64,000 nucleotides of DNA, taken from the NCBI GenBank assembly GCA_963662465.1, contig OY759599.1, positions 6,624,001 through 6,688,000 on the forward strand. The letters run 5' to 3'. Origin of the DNA: Desulfatiglandales bacterium (GTDB taxonomy: Bacteria > Desulfobacterota > DSM-4660 > Desulfatiglandales > Desulfatiglandaceae). Each line of letters starts with the position of its first letter. Position 1 is the stretch's first letter. Under the pieces are notes generated by a model, which worked only from the letters and a program-made list of their open reading frames with translations, was not told the origin of the DNA and searched no databases. Below are positions 63,782 through 64,000 of the stretch, one piece after another. The translations under genes and the position numbers were made by a program.

Positions 63782-64000
63782 TCAAATTTCTTTCATGAAC
63801 CCGTCGATGCTTTCCATGAGCTTCTCTCTATCCAGTTTAAGCTGGTAGTCGTCAATGCCCACTTTTTTCCCCCTAAGCATATCCTCATCTTCCGCCAGAG
63901 TGGTGAGTGCAATGACGGGCAGGTGAGCGTAACGGGTATCGGATTTGATCCTTTGTGTCAGCTCGAATCCGTCCATGTTGGGCATTTCAAGGTCCGTTAC
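63782..64000 (-). CDS. cheA: C-terminal receiver domain, probably of a hybrid CheA (5' part outside the window)
   Basis: VTDLEMPNMDGFEL...LPVIALTTL...DYQLKLDRE; positioned upstream of mcp-cheW-cheB-cheR. Confidence 0.65.
   Translation of the reverse strand, partial: VTDLEMPNMDGFELTQRIKSDTRYAHLPVIALTTLAEDEDMLRGKKVGIDDYQLKLDREKLMESIDGFMKEI

Overview
Bacterial chromosomal window, most likely from a sulfate-reducing Desulfobacterota (deltaproteobacterium). The 16S contains CCTGACGCAGCAACGCCG, and the gene content includes korDABC, DUF362 and FUSC; a Desulfatiglans/NaphS2-like placement is only a guess. Layout: (1) 1-5.15 kb holds a porin 3' end followed by a rearranged tandem array of two gene types. 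One is a secreted pentapeptide-repeat protein (3 copies, each damaged differently). The other is a lipoprotein (2 intact copies) whose 6-Cys C-terminal domain is much more divergent than its scaffold. (2) 5.15-7.25 kb is a dense set of gene remnants: a DUF6364 antitoxin with a PIN toxin stub, DUF1016, Bro-N, hsdM, an IS1595 stub and thiD. (3) 7.2-18.4 kb holds gadB, an unusual FN3-discoidin-GATase lipoprotein, an AAA/PD-(D/E)XK ATPase, a decayed mazEF, MBL hydrolase, acyl-CoA ligase, DUF362, PaaI, a prmA-like gene and a K+ channel. (4) An RND pump lies divergent from tolC-ftsE-ftsX-envC-ctpA. (5) Three complete rRNA operons sit in direct tandem (28.75-45.25 kb), each with its own promoters and terminator; only the middle one carries tRNA-Ile and tRNA-Ala. 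(6) HlyD/FUSC, M20 amidohydrolase, cobQ, a cobC-like gene, Uma2, korDABC and Fic follow. (7) A chemosensory cluster (cheA-REC, MCP with a periplasmic CZB-like insert, cheW, cheB, cheR, sensor-less hybrid kinase) runs off the window end. All calls come from reading the sequence and recognising motifs; no searches were run.
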